A stretch of 64,000 nucleotides of DNA, taken from Emiliania huxleyi CCMP1516 (lineage: Eukaryota). Below are positions 51,401-62,037 of the stretch, piece after piece. Each line of letters opens with the position of its first letter. Position 1 is the first letter of the stretch. Location: contig NW_005201381.1 in NCBI RefSeq assembly GCF_000372725.1, positions 183,953-247,952 of the forward strand. The letters are read 5' to 3'. The notes beneath the pieces are model-generated. The model was not told the origin of the DNA and did not search any database. It saw only the letters and a list, made by a program, of their open reading frames with translations. The translations under genes were made by a program, and so were the position numbers.

Positions 51401-52576
51401 TGGCGCCCGCTTTCGCAGCTTGACGCCGGCGCGAATCTGACTCAGCATCGCCATCGGCACCGCGGCTCGCTTGCCGGCTGGCGAAGGTGGGGGCGACGGC
51501 GACGGCGACGGCGATGGCGATGGCGACGGTGCACTCCTCCCTCCTCTTGTCCCTCCGCCAGCCCGCGCACGTTCTGCCGTCCCGCCAGCCGCCGCCGCGC
51601 CCTCGACTCTTGCCTTGGCCGACCGGGCGGCGGCAGCTCTCGCCCGCAAGTGCGCCAGTCCGCCGGGACCCCTCTCCGCTGCGGGGCTCCCGCCCTCGAG
51701 CGCAAGCGCCGCCCGTGCGACCGCACCCTTGACCTGCGGCGGCGACGGCCCCCCTCCCGCTCCTCCCGCTCCTCCTGCGGCCTCTGCCGAGGCAGACGGT
51801 GCCGAGGGCGCGGCCGCGGCCGCCGGCGCGCCTGCCGCAGCGCCTCTCACCGGCGCGGGCGACCCCTTGGCCTTCTTCGCCCAGGTCAGCGCCCTCGCCG
51901 CGGCGGCAATCGACGGCATCCGAGCGCCGGTCGGCGACGGACTGGGAGCGTCGCCCGACTTGCCCGCCAGCCTCGTCAGCCGGTCAGCGGCCGACGCCGC
52001 GGAGGAGGCCGTCTGCTCCTGTGCCTCGCGTGCCTTGCCCGCCTTTGTGGCGGCCGCCTTTGCCCGCGACCGCGCGATCCGCTCCTCCTTCTCCGCCCTG
52101 GCCCTCTCCGCCTCGGCCTCCTTCTCTGCCTTTGCGGCGGCCGCCTTTGCCTTTGCCGCCTCCTTCTTGCTCGCTGCCGCGGGAGCAGGCGCAGCTCCAG
52201 AGCCTGAGGCGCTGCCGAACTTCTCCGCGATGGCCTTGTTTAGCGTCACGGCGTAGAGGACCATGCACTTTTTGTCCGGCTTTGGGTACGTCGCCATCAT
52301 GTCCTCCACGTCGAGGAGGCGGTCGACGTCCAGCCGCCGCTCGGCGACGCCAAACGCGAGCTCAAAATTGGCTGCGCGCGCCTCCGGCGTCGCGTTGGTG
52401 AGCGCGTCGAACGATCCGATGTCCTCTGGGAAGCGGCGGTGCAGCAGGGCGCAAAAGGCCAGGCCGTCGTTCCACGATGACTGCCAGTTGGTGACCTGCA
52501 CGAGAGGGTAGCCGCTCGTCTCTGCCTTGGCCCAGCGAAGGAGCGCCTCCTGGTCGAGGCCCTTCTTTGGTGGCAT
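48401..52576 (-). CDS. Intronless ~1390-aa cytoskeletal protein: calponin-homology domain, two WH2-like motifs, AEKAAA repeats, EF-hand pair
   Basis: ALLRWAK..VQVTNWQSSWNDGLAFCALLH..NFELAFGVAE..LLDVEDM..PDKKCMVLY; MLSQIRAGVKLRK; DIDGDGVVTREE and DADADGRVTQSE. Confidence 0.85.
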   Translation of the reverse strand: MPPKKGLDQEALLRWAKAETSGYPLVQVTNWQSSWNDGLAFCALLHRRFPEDIGSFDALTNATPEARAANFELAFGVAERRLDVDRLLDVEDMMATYPKPDKKCMVLYAVTLNKAIAEKFGSASGSGAAPAPAAASKKEAAKAKAAAAKAEKEAEAERARAEKEERIARSRAKAAATKAGKAREAQEQTASSAASAADRLTRLAGKSGDAPSPSPTGARMPSIAAAARALTWAKKAKGSPAPVRGAAAGAPAAAAAPSAPSASAEAAGGAGGAGGGPSPPQVKGAVARAALALEGGSPAAERGPGGLAHLRARAAAARSAKARVEGAAAAGGTAERARAGGGTRGGRSAPSPSPSPSPSPSPPPSPAGKRAAVPMAMLSQIRAGVKLRKRAPAAPAKPAGGEGVMSRLQPTAAGTAAAARSDGSAAPSGGSSSASHTGQVRPSLEASRLRERKEKEKADKIALLKARAAAARVAKARVEEESARRSAGEAAAGEAAPPAVVSPVASRAAPGFLSQIRTGGFLRSKPSPAPSPSPSPVPSPVGKRAAVSLAVSKKLSAEISNAPPRGSMAERLQAYDAAEAAQPSTSTPLRPSPDKEGVEVHDRRSVADREAKATDALSEFRAARLSLRTGEPKRGGAAAAAVAVPPLKVTRIDGVKSAREALEQYLEQMVSASETSDSESGSSSDEGEEEELPPPPPGGPLWSPSELLGFGDMRRPSAAEKAAEAAAETARVKAEEEAAKEVARALAEKAAAEKAAAEKAAAKKAAADRVAALLASAEKAAAEKAAAEKAAADRVAAEKAAARKAAADSKKAAADRVAALLATAEKAAAEKAAIEAEAAAEKAAAEKAAAEKGAAERAALEEAVAEREAAFQISDIDGDGVVTREEQRKMAGRGGLTAMQFAQADADADGRVTQSELQAMPSPRAELLAALAVLPPDRAARVKSLRERAIAARLAKHRVAAEAASAAALTEAAAAARAAPAEAGGAEGAVAEAAAAEAAEPEVAVVAEPTAAELARERAIAARLARASVASRRASAAEASWRGSAAEASRRASAAEATEGAEETEEEAEEAGPEALAAAAAPAEAAPAEAAPVESAGAASGELVFSDTLATPSSVRVAERLARARGRKAPATKTGRVAASGALTPRLKLQLLRETLAKRRSSSAPGRRPFPGAEGGGGDASAGNASAPGLRAGRGVASEQENDERNDDIRSEAKAGSGAGDSSERSEGESSQSSESDSSDGDADAEERLGLMGWMRNVGKVGGKVGKVRLRSASERVAPRPKLAVGAISHLRPGPVDSKRRLSQRLPSFLHELEDAALRRDLETWAGSRKLPGEAVELLLAAGVQDVAEIKHLRGGDALASPPVMEQFPIELRDKVEQAVQAERYSYATLD

Positions 52577-53046
52577 TCCGCCGCCGCCACCGCCGCCGCC
52601 GGCGCCGTTCCCTAACTTTCCCTGCGATGAGGCAGCCGAGAACGGAAAGTAGAGCTGGGCAGAATGGGGACGGAGCGCGGCGGCTCGCACGGCGGGGCTT
52701 GATAACAAGAAACAAGGCACGCTCCGAGGACATCGTAGGCCCTGTCTGCCACGAGTCCACTGCTCCACCGCCCTGTCCACGGCGGTAGCAATTCCCGTCC
52801 GTGATCCGTTGTGTTGTTCCCGCATGTGGAGGACCATGGTCCATGCTGTGATTCTCAGCCTGCACGAAGATTTTTCTCTGGTTGCCGCCATCGCCGTAGC
52901 GACCTGTCGGCAGAGTGCTGCCCATTTACTGGTAAATGAGCGGGAATTAACAATTATTTGATTCTCCTTGCACCTTGGGACGTACGAAACTCCGTGGAAT
53001 AATCGGGCTCTGGGCCTGTGTGATGAGATGTCTGGTAGCCCCCGCC

Positions 53047-54516
53047 TCAGAAGGGCTCCATCTCTCGGATCGCCGCGCCTATCAGCGGCAGCAGCCTGGC
53101 CGGGTCCACGCGCACTGACTCGTCCCGCCCGGGCCGGCCGCGCGCAAAGTCGTCCGGCCCCGTCACCTGGTAGTACACCTTGGTGACGTGCCGCACGTGC
53201 CTCCACAGCTCCGCCTCCATCGTCCACGAGCACCCGCCCGCGGCGGGGTCGCACTCTCCGTGCCTCGCCTCCTCCCCCTCACCGAGCATGTAGTTGACGA
53301 GCACCGCTGCGGCGCCCTGCGGCAGGAAGGGGAGCAGCATCGAGATGCCTCCGCACGGGGAGACGGCGACCGTGGTGCTCGCGACGAGCCGCAGCTGCTC
53401 GGCCATGCTCATCCCCGCCCAATCAGTGAGCACGATCTCCGCGACGGAGCCAAACTCCGCGCGGACTGCCGCCGCGACGCGCCGGACGTTTGCGATTGCG
53501 CGCCGTCCCTTCTTCGCGACGATGATGATGGTGTGGGAGGAGGGGGGCGCGGTCGGCGAGATGCCGTGGGCGGCCAGGACGCGCGCGCGGTAGAGGGCGA
53601 TCAGCGGCTCCTTGCCCACGTTGAGCTCCTCGCGGTTGAAGGAGTCGAACGTGCCGCCGACCAAAAGCTTGTCAAAGCAGACGGGGCGGCCACCGCCGCC
53701 GCCGGCGAGAGCGCGCGCCTCCGCCTCAAGGGTGGGCGGCTCCTGCAGCGCGCTGGCGGCCGCCCGCGCGTCGGTCAGCGGGCCGAGGAAGGCGGCGGCA
53801 AACTTGCGGCAGACGGCGGAGGAGGAGGCGCGCTTGGCGAGGGTGGCGCAAGAGTGTGTTCGCAGGACGCGGAGCGATGGCGAGTAGACGCCCAGCTGCG
53901 CCATCGCGGCGAGGAGCGGGAAGGCCTCGTCCCACGCCACGTGGCCGAGGTTGGTCGGCGCAAACGGAGCCGACAGCGCGCTCACGCCTCTTGCCCACAC
54001 GGCTCCCGCCGGCACCGGCCCCGGCTGCGTGCGAGCTGACCAGGTGAGCTGCCGCTTGTAGGGCACGTCCTTGTTGAGCGCGACGAAGTCGGCGTTGCGG
54101 CCGTCGCCGCGGCTCTTCCGCCACCGGAATGTGTGCTGCGCGCCCTGTCGGTGGTCGTACACCGCGGGCAGCGACAGCTCGGAGACGTTTCCCGGCCGCG
54201 AGTAGAAGACAAAGTCCGACTCGTTGGGGAGGTAGCAGACCTTCTCGAAGACGCAGCCGCGGTGCTCGACCGCGCCGATCGTCTCGAGATCGCCCACGCA
54301 CCGCCAGCGAGAGTACGCGCCGCGAGGCGGCCGCCGCCCGGGCAGCCGGATGCGCACGGGCGCCGTCGCGCTGAGCATGACGGCGGCATCGGCAGCGGAG
54401 GTGGAGGTGGAGTCGCTGCCGGTCAAGGTGTGGGCGAGGAGGAGGCAGAGCACGACCAAGGCGGCACACAGGCGGAGGGTATTGCGATCGCAACAGTGCA
54501 GAGGTGTCGCTTGCAT
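53047..54516 (-). CDS. Glycosyltransferase family 61-like type II membrane protein, intronless
   Basis: N-terminal TM helix; NLGHVAWDEAFPL; MSMAEQLRLVASTTVAVSPCGG..FLPQGAAAV. Confidence 0.75.
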   Translation of the reverse strand: MQATPLHCCDRNTLRLCAALVVLCLLLAHTLTGSDSTSTSAADAAVMLSATAPVRIRLPGRRPPRGAYSRWRCVGDLETIGAVEHRGCVFEKVCYLPNESDFVFYSRPGNVSELSLPAVYDHRQGAQHTFRWRKSRGDGRNADFVALNKDVPYKRQLTWSARTQPGPVPAGAVWARGVSALSAPFAPTNLGHVAWDEAFPLLAAMAQLGVYSPSLRVLRTHSCATLAKRASSSAVCRKFAAAFLGPLTDARAAASALQEPPTLEAEARALAGGGGGRPVCFDKLLVGGTFDSFNREELNVGKEPLIALYRARVLAAHGISPTAPPSSHTIIIVAKKGRRAIANVRRVAAAVRAEFGSVAEIVLTDWAGMSMAEQLRLVASTTVAVSPCGGISMLLPFLPQGAAAVLVNYMLGEGEEARHGECDPAAGGCSWTMEAELWRHVRHVTKVYYQVTGPDDFARGRPGRDESVRVDPARLLPLIGAAIREMEPF

Positions 54517-54796
54517 CCGCCCGCCGGCCTGGAGAAAGAAGAAAAGCCGGTGCGCGTTTTTCTTTTCAGTTTTTTTCTACAGCACCCTCTCGTTTCCTCT
54601 CTAGTTTCCCGACGGGATACAATGGTAGTCCGTGGAAATCATCAATTTCCCCGGGCGCTGAGCCGAAAGAAAGAAAAAACAGACAACCCAAGGGTGGGAT
54701 GGGAGGACGCTACTGCCCAACGGTTTTTCTTCAATTTAGAGAGCTGGTGGCGCGACCGACACCTCAGCCGGGGGCGCAATGCAATTGTACGTGTAC

Positions 54797-56076
54797 ATGT
54801 CGCTCATCAGGCTGGCACTCCTAGCGGCCGCCGTCGCACCCACCGCCGCCAGTTCGGACCACGCCGTCAAAATGCAGCAGATCATCGGTACCGCGCGAAT
54901 AGTGCGCACCGGCTGTGCAGGAGTCCCTCTGTAGCCGCCAGCTCGCGTCACTGCAGCCTCCGCCTGCCTACAGGCTGCCGGAAACGGCGACACGACACTT
55001 GCGCTCGCGAGCTTGGACAAGCTTCAAGCCCAGCTCGACGCCTGGCGTGCCGCCATCGCGGAAGCCGCCGCCGCTGCCGCCGCCGTGCCGGCTGCGGAGG
55101 CTGCAGTGCCAGAGCCGCCAGCTGAGGAGACGGCCTTCTCGATGAATGTGACGTGCGCGCGAGCCCACGCCGACTGGACTCGTTCTCTCTCCCCCCACCG
55201 GCGGCCGGCTGCACGAGCGCTGGTGGCCGCAGGCTTGCTCCCAAGCGTCGGCGGCAGCAAGACACAAACATGTGCTGCTCGCTCCGCCCGCCCGCAGGTA
55301 TGTGCCCGACAAGTGCCGCCGCAAGTCGGTGGAGGGGTCGGTCATGCGCGTCCACTACGTCGGCAAGGTGGTGGCCACGAACAAGGTGCCTCTCTCTCTC
55401 TCTCCTCGGCACCCGTCTCTCCCCGCCAAGCTTTCTTTTTCTCCGACCAGAGCTGGATTCGGGTACTGCGGGAGGACCAGCGCTGTCCCCTTCCAACGGC
55501 CTCTCGCCCTCCCCACTCCTCTGCACATCTCCCGCCCGTACCCCTCGCCCAGGCCTTCGCCTCCTCCTTCCACACCGGGTCGCAGCCCTTCCGCTTCGTC
55601 CTCGGCTCCGACGAGGCGCCCGTCGCCGGGTGGAACGAGGGCCTGGTCTCCGGGCGTAGATGCCACGCATGTCCCGGCGTAGTTGTCCACGCATGCAAGC
55701 CGCGCACGCCTTCGCCACGCCAACAGCTGAGAGGGTGTGCGCACTCTGCGACACCGCAGCGGAGGAAGGGAGAGGGAGGGAGAGAGGGACAGGGAGAGAA
55801 AGAGGGAGAGAGAGGGAGAGAGGGAGAGAGGGAGAGAGCGCGGCGCCACCCTGCGCCCCTCTCCGCCCCAAGGTGGGCATGTGCGAGGGCGAACGGCGGC
55901 GCTTGATGGTGCCGCATCGGCTCGCATACGGCGCCCAGGGCACCAAGGGCGTGCCCCCGTACGCGGACCTGCAGTATGACTTCGAGCTGGTCGAGGTGAG
56001 CAGCCCGAAGCTGCCGCCGAAGAAGAAGAAGAAGACGCGCAAGGGCGGCGCGGAGGACAAGGGCGAGCTACGGTAG
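54797..56076 (+). CDS. Secretory-pathway FKBP-type peptidyl-prolyl isomerase, spliced
   Basis: Signal peptide MSLIRLALLAAAVAPTAA; RVHYVG, QPFRFVLG, GWNEGL|VGMCEGERRRLMVPHRLAYG, VPPYADLQYDFELV; C-terminal KGELR. Confidence 0.88.
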
Positions 56077-56492
56077 GAGGCGGTAGGGGCCACGAACCTA
56101 GTCTACGGACTCTGTGTACTGTGAGGACACGCGGTGTGTGGCAGAGTTGTCAGGTCTTAGGAGAAGGGAATCGAAGGGAAGGGGCGCCCCAGACCGCTCG
56201 GGACCGCTCGGGACCGCTCTCGGACATTGGTCATTGCTGCTCCTCCGCGTTTAAGGTGTAAAGGTCCTAAGGTGTAAAGGCTACTCGTTCCATTGATCAC
56301 TGTATCCCCCGGCACAGCTCGCGTTACCGAAAACCTTCACGATTTTTTGTGAACAAATTGCGCCATTTTGTCCCTCGCGGTGCCTTCCAGAGGCAGCTGC
56401 GACCCCGCCGAGTGGACGGGCGCACACCGCGCCATGCCTCTGCGCGTCCTGGGGAGGGACAAAATTGTCGCCGCCGGAGACGACTCGACGCC

Positions 56493-57088
56493 CTCTGGGG
56501 GGAGGCGAGGGCCCTAGGGGATACCCATGCGGGGGGGGAATGGGTCCCCCCAGCCCGCCGCAGGCGCCGATTTTTTGGCATTTTTTTTCTTTTTCGCGCG
56601 ATTTTTTACTTGTTTTCATGGGAATTCGGCGTACTTGCGGCCATGCTATCACGCCTTGCGACATCCTTTCGGCGCTGCTGACCGTGCCATGCTGCTCAAC
56701 TGACCGCGCCTGCATAGCTCGCGGCCTTAGTCTTCGGCATTCAGTGACGACCTGATCGTACGGCCAGTAGGAAGGTGTCCTTCCATCGTGTGCACGCTTC
56801 TGGCGCAATGCGCGTCGCCTCGGATTGGCTGCTGGCACTCTCGAGGCTATGCCTACACAGCCTCGCGCGCATGGGCAGTCAAGAGGGACCATGCACCTTC
56901 TCAGGACAGCGCCGGTGCCTCTCTCTTGGACCGGCAAAGTACTCCTCGAGGTCTCTCCAAATCTGCCCTCTAACCAACCGTAACCATTCGGGAAGTCGGT
57001 GCTAATAGAGACTAACAGAGCCGGAGCCCCGTTTACGCACTTCTGCGCGGCGCACGGTGCCTCCGGGGGCCCCCGCCTCCCCCCAGAG
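56493..57088. mobile_element. Family B MITE, complete (596 bp)
   Basis: TIR CTCTGGGGGGAGGCG(A/G)GGGCCC; 8-bp TSD TCGACGCC (56485-56492 and 57089-57096). Confidence 0.9.
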
Positions 57089-57824
57089 TCGACGCCGCTG
57101 AGATCGGAGATCAAGCTCTGACAGGTCGCACGTCGCTCCTTTGACGCCGACGTGATTCACCCGTGCAGATCACATCAGGACACGGTCTCGACGCGCTCGG
57201 TACGACGCCTGCGACCCGTCTCGGGTCAGGTGGCACGACGCTCATCGCGCCTACCAGCGCTGCCGTGCAGGTTGCCACGACGAGGTCGAGCACGCTTCTA
57301 TACGCTCGCCTAGCCTTCCTTTCTATCCCATTAGGCAGTCTGGGAACGGTGGCGAGCAGAGGCAAAGCCTACGAGGGGTGGTGGAATCACATGTCGCGGC
57401 TACTGCCGGCTCGACCCCACGATACGAGCCGGTCCGGCGAGGCTGACTTTGAGGCACCATCATCGGACGATGTCGACGAGTTGGGTCGCTCTCGCGGTAC
57501 CCAGGTAGCCCCCCATACTAGGATCATCGGCCATGGCCGCAGGGAGCGCGCCGCGGGGGAGGGCGCTGGAAGCAACACGGATCCTCTCCGTTGGACGTTT
57601 TCTCAAGATTAGCGTGTGAGAGAGTGAACTGGAACTAGCCTAAGGACCGCGCGCGCAAAATGTAGAGAGCTAGAGGTGTCTTAGTTTTGTTATTTCACCA
57701 ACTTGTTTCCGACCAGTTGAGAGTTGTGGAGAGTGCTGGCACACGCTGAGCCTAGAGAGACGGTCGATTCCGCATCCCTGGTACTGGACACGTACATATA
57801 GAGTAAGGGTGTTTAAGCTCCCTG

Positions 57825-59855
57825 CTATCGCTGCATCTCGGCGGGTGTGCGCCGGTAGCAGCCGCCGCCACCCTCGTCGAGGATGGCGTCAAGGAGCGCG
57901 GCGGCCATCTTGCGCCCTCCCTCCGGCGACGGCTCGACCCGCTGCACGTAGTCTCTCGGGTCGCTGCCGTCGAGCGCCTCGAAGAGCGGGAATGGCACAA
58001 CCTCCACGCCCGGGATGGCGACGCGCCGCGTGGCGAGGCTGAAGAGGGCGCGGATGGCCGCCTGCTCTCGGGTGATCTCGAGTGATCTCGGACGATCTCG
58101 AGTGATCTCGGGCGGTCTCGGGCGGTCTTGGGCGTTCTCGAGCGATCTCGGGCGATCTGGAGTGATCTCGCGCGCGGGCGGCTGCCTGCAGCCGCGCGGG
58201 CGAGCTGTCGTAGCAGACCATCTGGCAGCGCTTTGAGGAGGCAGTCAGGACACGAGTTCACTACTTGGTGGACCAGTGGACTGTGCGGTGTCGGCCGTCT
58301 CGCCACATGTTTGCGTGCTAGCCCCACGTGCGTGTGTGCTGAATGTCCCTCGCCCTGGGCGTGATGCGCGTGCGTGCCCCTGCCCGAGGTGAGACTGTAC
58401 ACTACAGGTCGCCTTGAGGAAGCAGTCCGCCCAGGAGCCGCGCCCGTGCACGTCCAAAAAGTAGATCATGCAGACGACCACCCTTGCGGGCCGCCGGCCT
58501 AATCTCGGGTAATCTCGGCTAATCTCGCCGGCTGGCACTGCACCTCGGTCCCATCGAGGGTGATCTCGGGTGATCTCGGGTGATCTCGGGTGATCTCGGC
58601 TAATCTCGGCCGGCGAGCAGTCGCTCGATGTAGTTTTGGACGCGGTTGCCAAAGAGGTCGACAAGGTAGCCGAGGCCGGGCGGGCAGCCGCAAGGCGAGA
58701 CGAGGCAACCTGCGGGCAGGCAAGCTGTTGAGTAGTCCATAGTCGATGGCGGGAGGGAGTGGGCCTGCGGGTCAGACTGTGGGGGAGACTAGCTGGCTGG
58801 TTCATTGAGGACGGGTCGCATGTACTCAACCCTTTTTCACGCACGCGGGCCGCCCACGACCGACTGTGAGTCTCTCGGGGCAGGCTCCGGGACGGCTCCG
58901 GGCAGGGCCTGGGAAGGGTCTCGGGGATCCCGGGTGGACTTCTGACTGTCGTTGCTGCCTGTCCAATCTCGACGGTCTGTCTTGTGCGTCTGGGCTCGGG
59001 GTTGTGTTTTTGCGGGAACAGACAAGGGCGTGAGGCGATGTGTGCCCTGGCAGGCCGCAGCAGGCGCAGCCAAGGAGGGGGGGCCCATAGGGTGATCTCG
59101 GGCGATCTCGGGCGATCTCGCATTGCAGCCTGGCAGGCCGCAGCAGGCGCAGCCAGGGTCGACCCGCAGGTTGGGTGGGCAGGCGCAGGCGCACTGCTCT
59201 ATGCAGACCTGTGGCACGAGATCGGAGGGGAGATCACGCGAGATCGGCCGAGAGATATGCCGAGAGAGCCCGAAGATGCAATGTACCTCATGCGGGTGGG
59301 TGTGTCGCCCCGGTGTCCTGCGCAGCGTGCCCCGCGCAATGTCTACTCCCAGACCTGCGGCGTGCAGCAGGCGACCAGCGAGAGGTTGAGCGCTGTGAAG
59401 AGCAGCGGCTCAAGCGCGATGTCGTTGCCGCCAACCGACACGACCAGGACGTCGTCCGGGCCGATGGCACTCGCGATCAGCCGGTCCTGCGGCGTGAGCC
59501 GGCCGCACGCGCGCGTGTTGAGCGAGGTGGCCTCGACCGCGGTGTTGAGGCAGAAGAGGCGGCCGCCATGCCCCCGCCGAACCAGCTCGTCGTTGAGCCA
59601 GTAGCACACGTCGGTCTTCATCCTGCCCGGCGCGAGGACAGCCTCGTACCCGTTGGTCGCCGCCGCCCACGAGTCGAACCAAAACTTGTTGTCGAGCGAA
59701 GAGTCGCCTGCGAGGAAGATGCAGGAGCGGCGGCTGCCGCTCCTGCCTCCGCGCAGCGACGCGTGCACGCGCCGCAGGAAGTTTGGGTTGTGACCGTAGT
59801 ACTCAGAGTAGTACTCGCCGGCGCCAACCAGCGGCGTGGTGGTCGAGGGCGACAT
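57825..59855 (-). CDS. SGNH/GDSL hydrolase-like protein with Cys-rich insert, spliced
   Basis: FLAGDSSLDN (block I), VVSVGGNDIAL (block III), C-terminal DYVQRVEPSPEGGRKMA. Confidence 0.72.
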
Positions 59856-60129
59856 ATACACAAACTTGGTCGGGGACCGCCAAGCTTCACGCCCAACCTC
59901 GGCCGAGCGGAGCAGCAGCGGGCGCGGCACGAGGTGCGCTCGACGCTCGAGGCCACTCGCGTGCCCTGAGCGGCCTTGCCGGCAACGCTGGGCCCCGTAC
60001 TGCCTTTTGGCACGACAAGGGCGCAGACTGGCGCGGACTGGCACACGGACGGGCACACACACCGGCACACCAAAAGAATCGCACCAGCACACACCGAGTT
60101 TGAGAGAGCTTCAAACAGCGCCTGAACGC

Positions 60130-61056
60130 ATGGCGTTCAGGCGGCACTTCTCTCGCGTCGGCTCCGCCGAGCGCTGCACAGAGACCATCTTCACTGACCA
60201 CCAACGACAGGTGTGCGACTACGCGCTCGTCTACGCGGAGAAGAAGAACGACGGCGAAGCGCCGTACTCGGTCTCCTTCACCGCGACGCAGAGCGGCGAC
60301 GTCATCGTACAGCTGCACCCGCACTCGCAGCTCGAGCGCGCCGTGCGCCACGAGCGGCAGGCGCAGGCCACGGAGCCGCCTGCGAGCGCGAGCCCTGCGG
60401 CGCCGCCCGCCCCTGCCGCCGCGCCGCCAGCCGCGGAGCCGGCGCCCAAGACGTACGCCGCCGCAGCCGCATCGCAGCCGCAGGGTGCCACCGCGGGTGG
60501 CCAGCCCGCCGCGCCTGCGGGCCCGGCCGCCGCCGCGCGCGTGCCGCCGCCGCCCAGCGGCGGCGGAGTGCGCGGCTGCTCCTTCACTGTCCCTAACCCG
60601 GGCAGGAAGCGTGGGCAGCAGCAGCGCGGCAAGGGCCGCGGTGCCAGGGGCCGTGCCGATGCTGGACCCCGTCTCGTTGACAAGAACGCGCTGTCCGCGC
60701 GCGGCAGCGGGCCCTCGCGCCAGTCGCGCTCGCCGTCGCCCGACTCTCCGCCCGCCAAGCGGGCCGCCTCCGCTGACTCGTCTGGCTATGAAACCGATAC
60801 GCCGGACGAGGTGCAGCAGGAGGCGGTCCGCAGGGTATGCGGCGCGCTCGGCATGAGGGAGCAGTTCGAGGCGGCGATGGCGGCGGGCGAGCTGCTCGAG
60901 ATGCTCGAGAGCTTGCCGCGAGGGGCGGTCGAGGCCTCTGTCCGACAGATGCGGGGTTACAACCGCACGGGCGAGTGGCCAGAGCCCATTCTCACCAGCC
61001 CTGCCCCGCAGCGCGGCCGCTCGCCAAGCCCCGTCGATGAGTGGTCAGATGGTTAG
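60130..61056 (+). CDS. Orphan 308-aa intronless ORF, possibly ORF1/gag-like of a mobile element
   Basis: 5' third duplicated at 41459; KTYAAAA motif and RG-rich basic patch; followed by a (TATT)n tail at ~61274-61292. Confidence 0.5.
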   Translation: MAFRRHFSRVGSAERCTETIFTDHQRQVCDYALVYAEKKNDGEAPYSVSFTATQSGDVIVQLHPHSQLERAVRHERQAQATEPPASASPAAPPAPAAAPPAAEPAPKTYAAAAASQPQGATAGGQPAAPAGPAAAARVPPPPSGGGVRGCSFTVPNPGRKRGQQQRGKGRGARGRADAGPRLVDKNALSARGSGPSRQSRSPSPDSPPAKRAASADSSGYETDTPDEVQQEAVRRVCGALGMREQFEAAMAAGELLEMLESLPRGAVEASVRQMRGYNRTGEWPEPILTSPAPQRGRSPSPVDEWSDG

Positions 61057-61804
61057 TGCCCGAGAGCGAGGGGTCCGGGGGGGAGCACAAACATAGGACG
61101 CCCAGCCTTGCCCTCGTGCCGCCGAGTGCGTATCCTATGCGAGAGAGATCCCCTGTGCCCTGTGCCCAGCCCTCTCCGCGCGGCGATGCGCCCTCCCCCC
61201 TCGCTTTTGCAAAATCCTGCAAAGGTGGGGACGTGTCTGTCCTCGACCCAGCCCTAGCTTGGGATGTCCGTTGTATTTATTTATTTATTTATAGAGATTT
61301 TTAGAAGCCAACAAGAAATGTGTGACAGAAGTGATTTGGGCTCGGCAGCTTCGAGCTTGTCGACTACCGGCCGGAGCCGGAGTCGGAACCGTAGCCGAGA
61401 TGGTCGTCGAGGGTGTCGAATAAATATGTCATTCGCCTCGCTAGTAGAGCCGGTGCCGCATGAGTTTGAAAGGTCGAGGCCGAGGAGAGCGATGAGTCAG
61501 ACGAGAGGATGAAACAGCAGGAGAGAGAACGAGGATGAGAGTGGGAACTGGGAGAACGCGAGGTGGCATGAAGGTCGCTGCGAGAATTGGTGAGAAACTG
61601 CGAAGAGATAGGAAGAGGCGGACGCCCGAGGGTGGGCGACGAGGGTGGGCGAGATAAAGATTTTTAATACCAAACAACTCTAACACTCACGTTTTTTGTG
61701 GGCGACGGCTAGCACGTAGCACCACACTTCTGTCGAAGAACACTTGTGGCGGCTGTATATTCTAACTCTCTAAGGCATCTGCGATCTCAGCTTCATCAAA
61801 CGCT

Positions 61805-62037
61805 TCCAGGTATACCCGGGGTTTTCCAGGTACCCGCAAAATACCCGGTATTTTGCCGACCGAGCGAGTCGGCTGATTTTGGGCCCAAACCAGCCTCAGA
61901 CTCGGTCGGCTCAGAGCCCGTGAAATTGACGATTTTCGCGGAGTTTCCTCGGGAAACTAGAGAGGAAACGAGAGGGTGCTGTAGAGAAACACGGAAAGGA
62001 AACGAGACGGGGTGAGCGAGGAAACATGGGTACAGCC
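61805..62037. mobile_element. Right-hand part of a MITE-like element (family C)
   Basis: ~180 bp matching 63365-63543; ends GGAAACATGGGTACAGCC followed by TAA. Confidence 0.7.

Noticed and set aside
52577..53254. 5' extension of the 1617-aa ORF
   Set aside because: Starts at a non-ATG codon, overlaps the GT61 gene and has UTR-like composition; ATG at 52576 directly precedes the CH domain.
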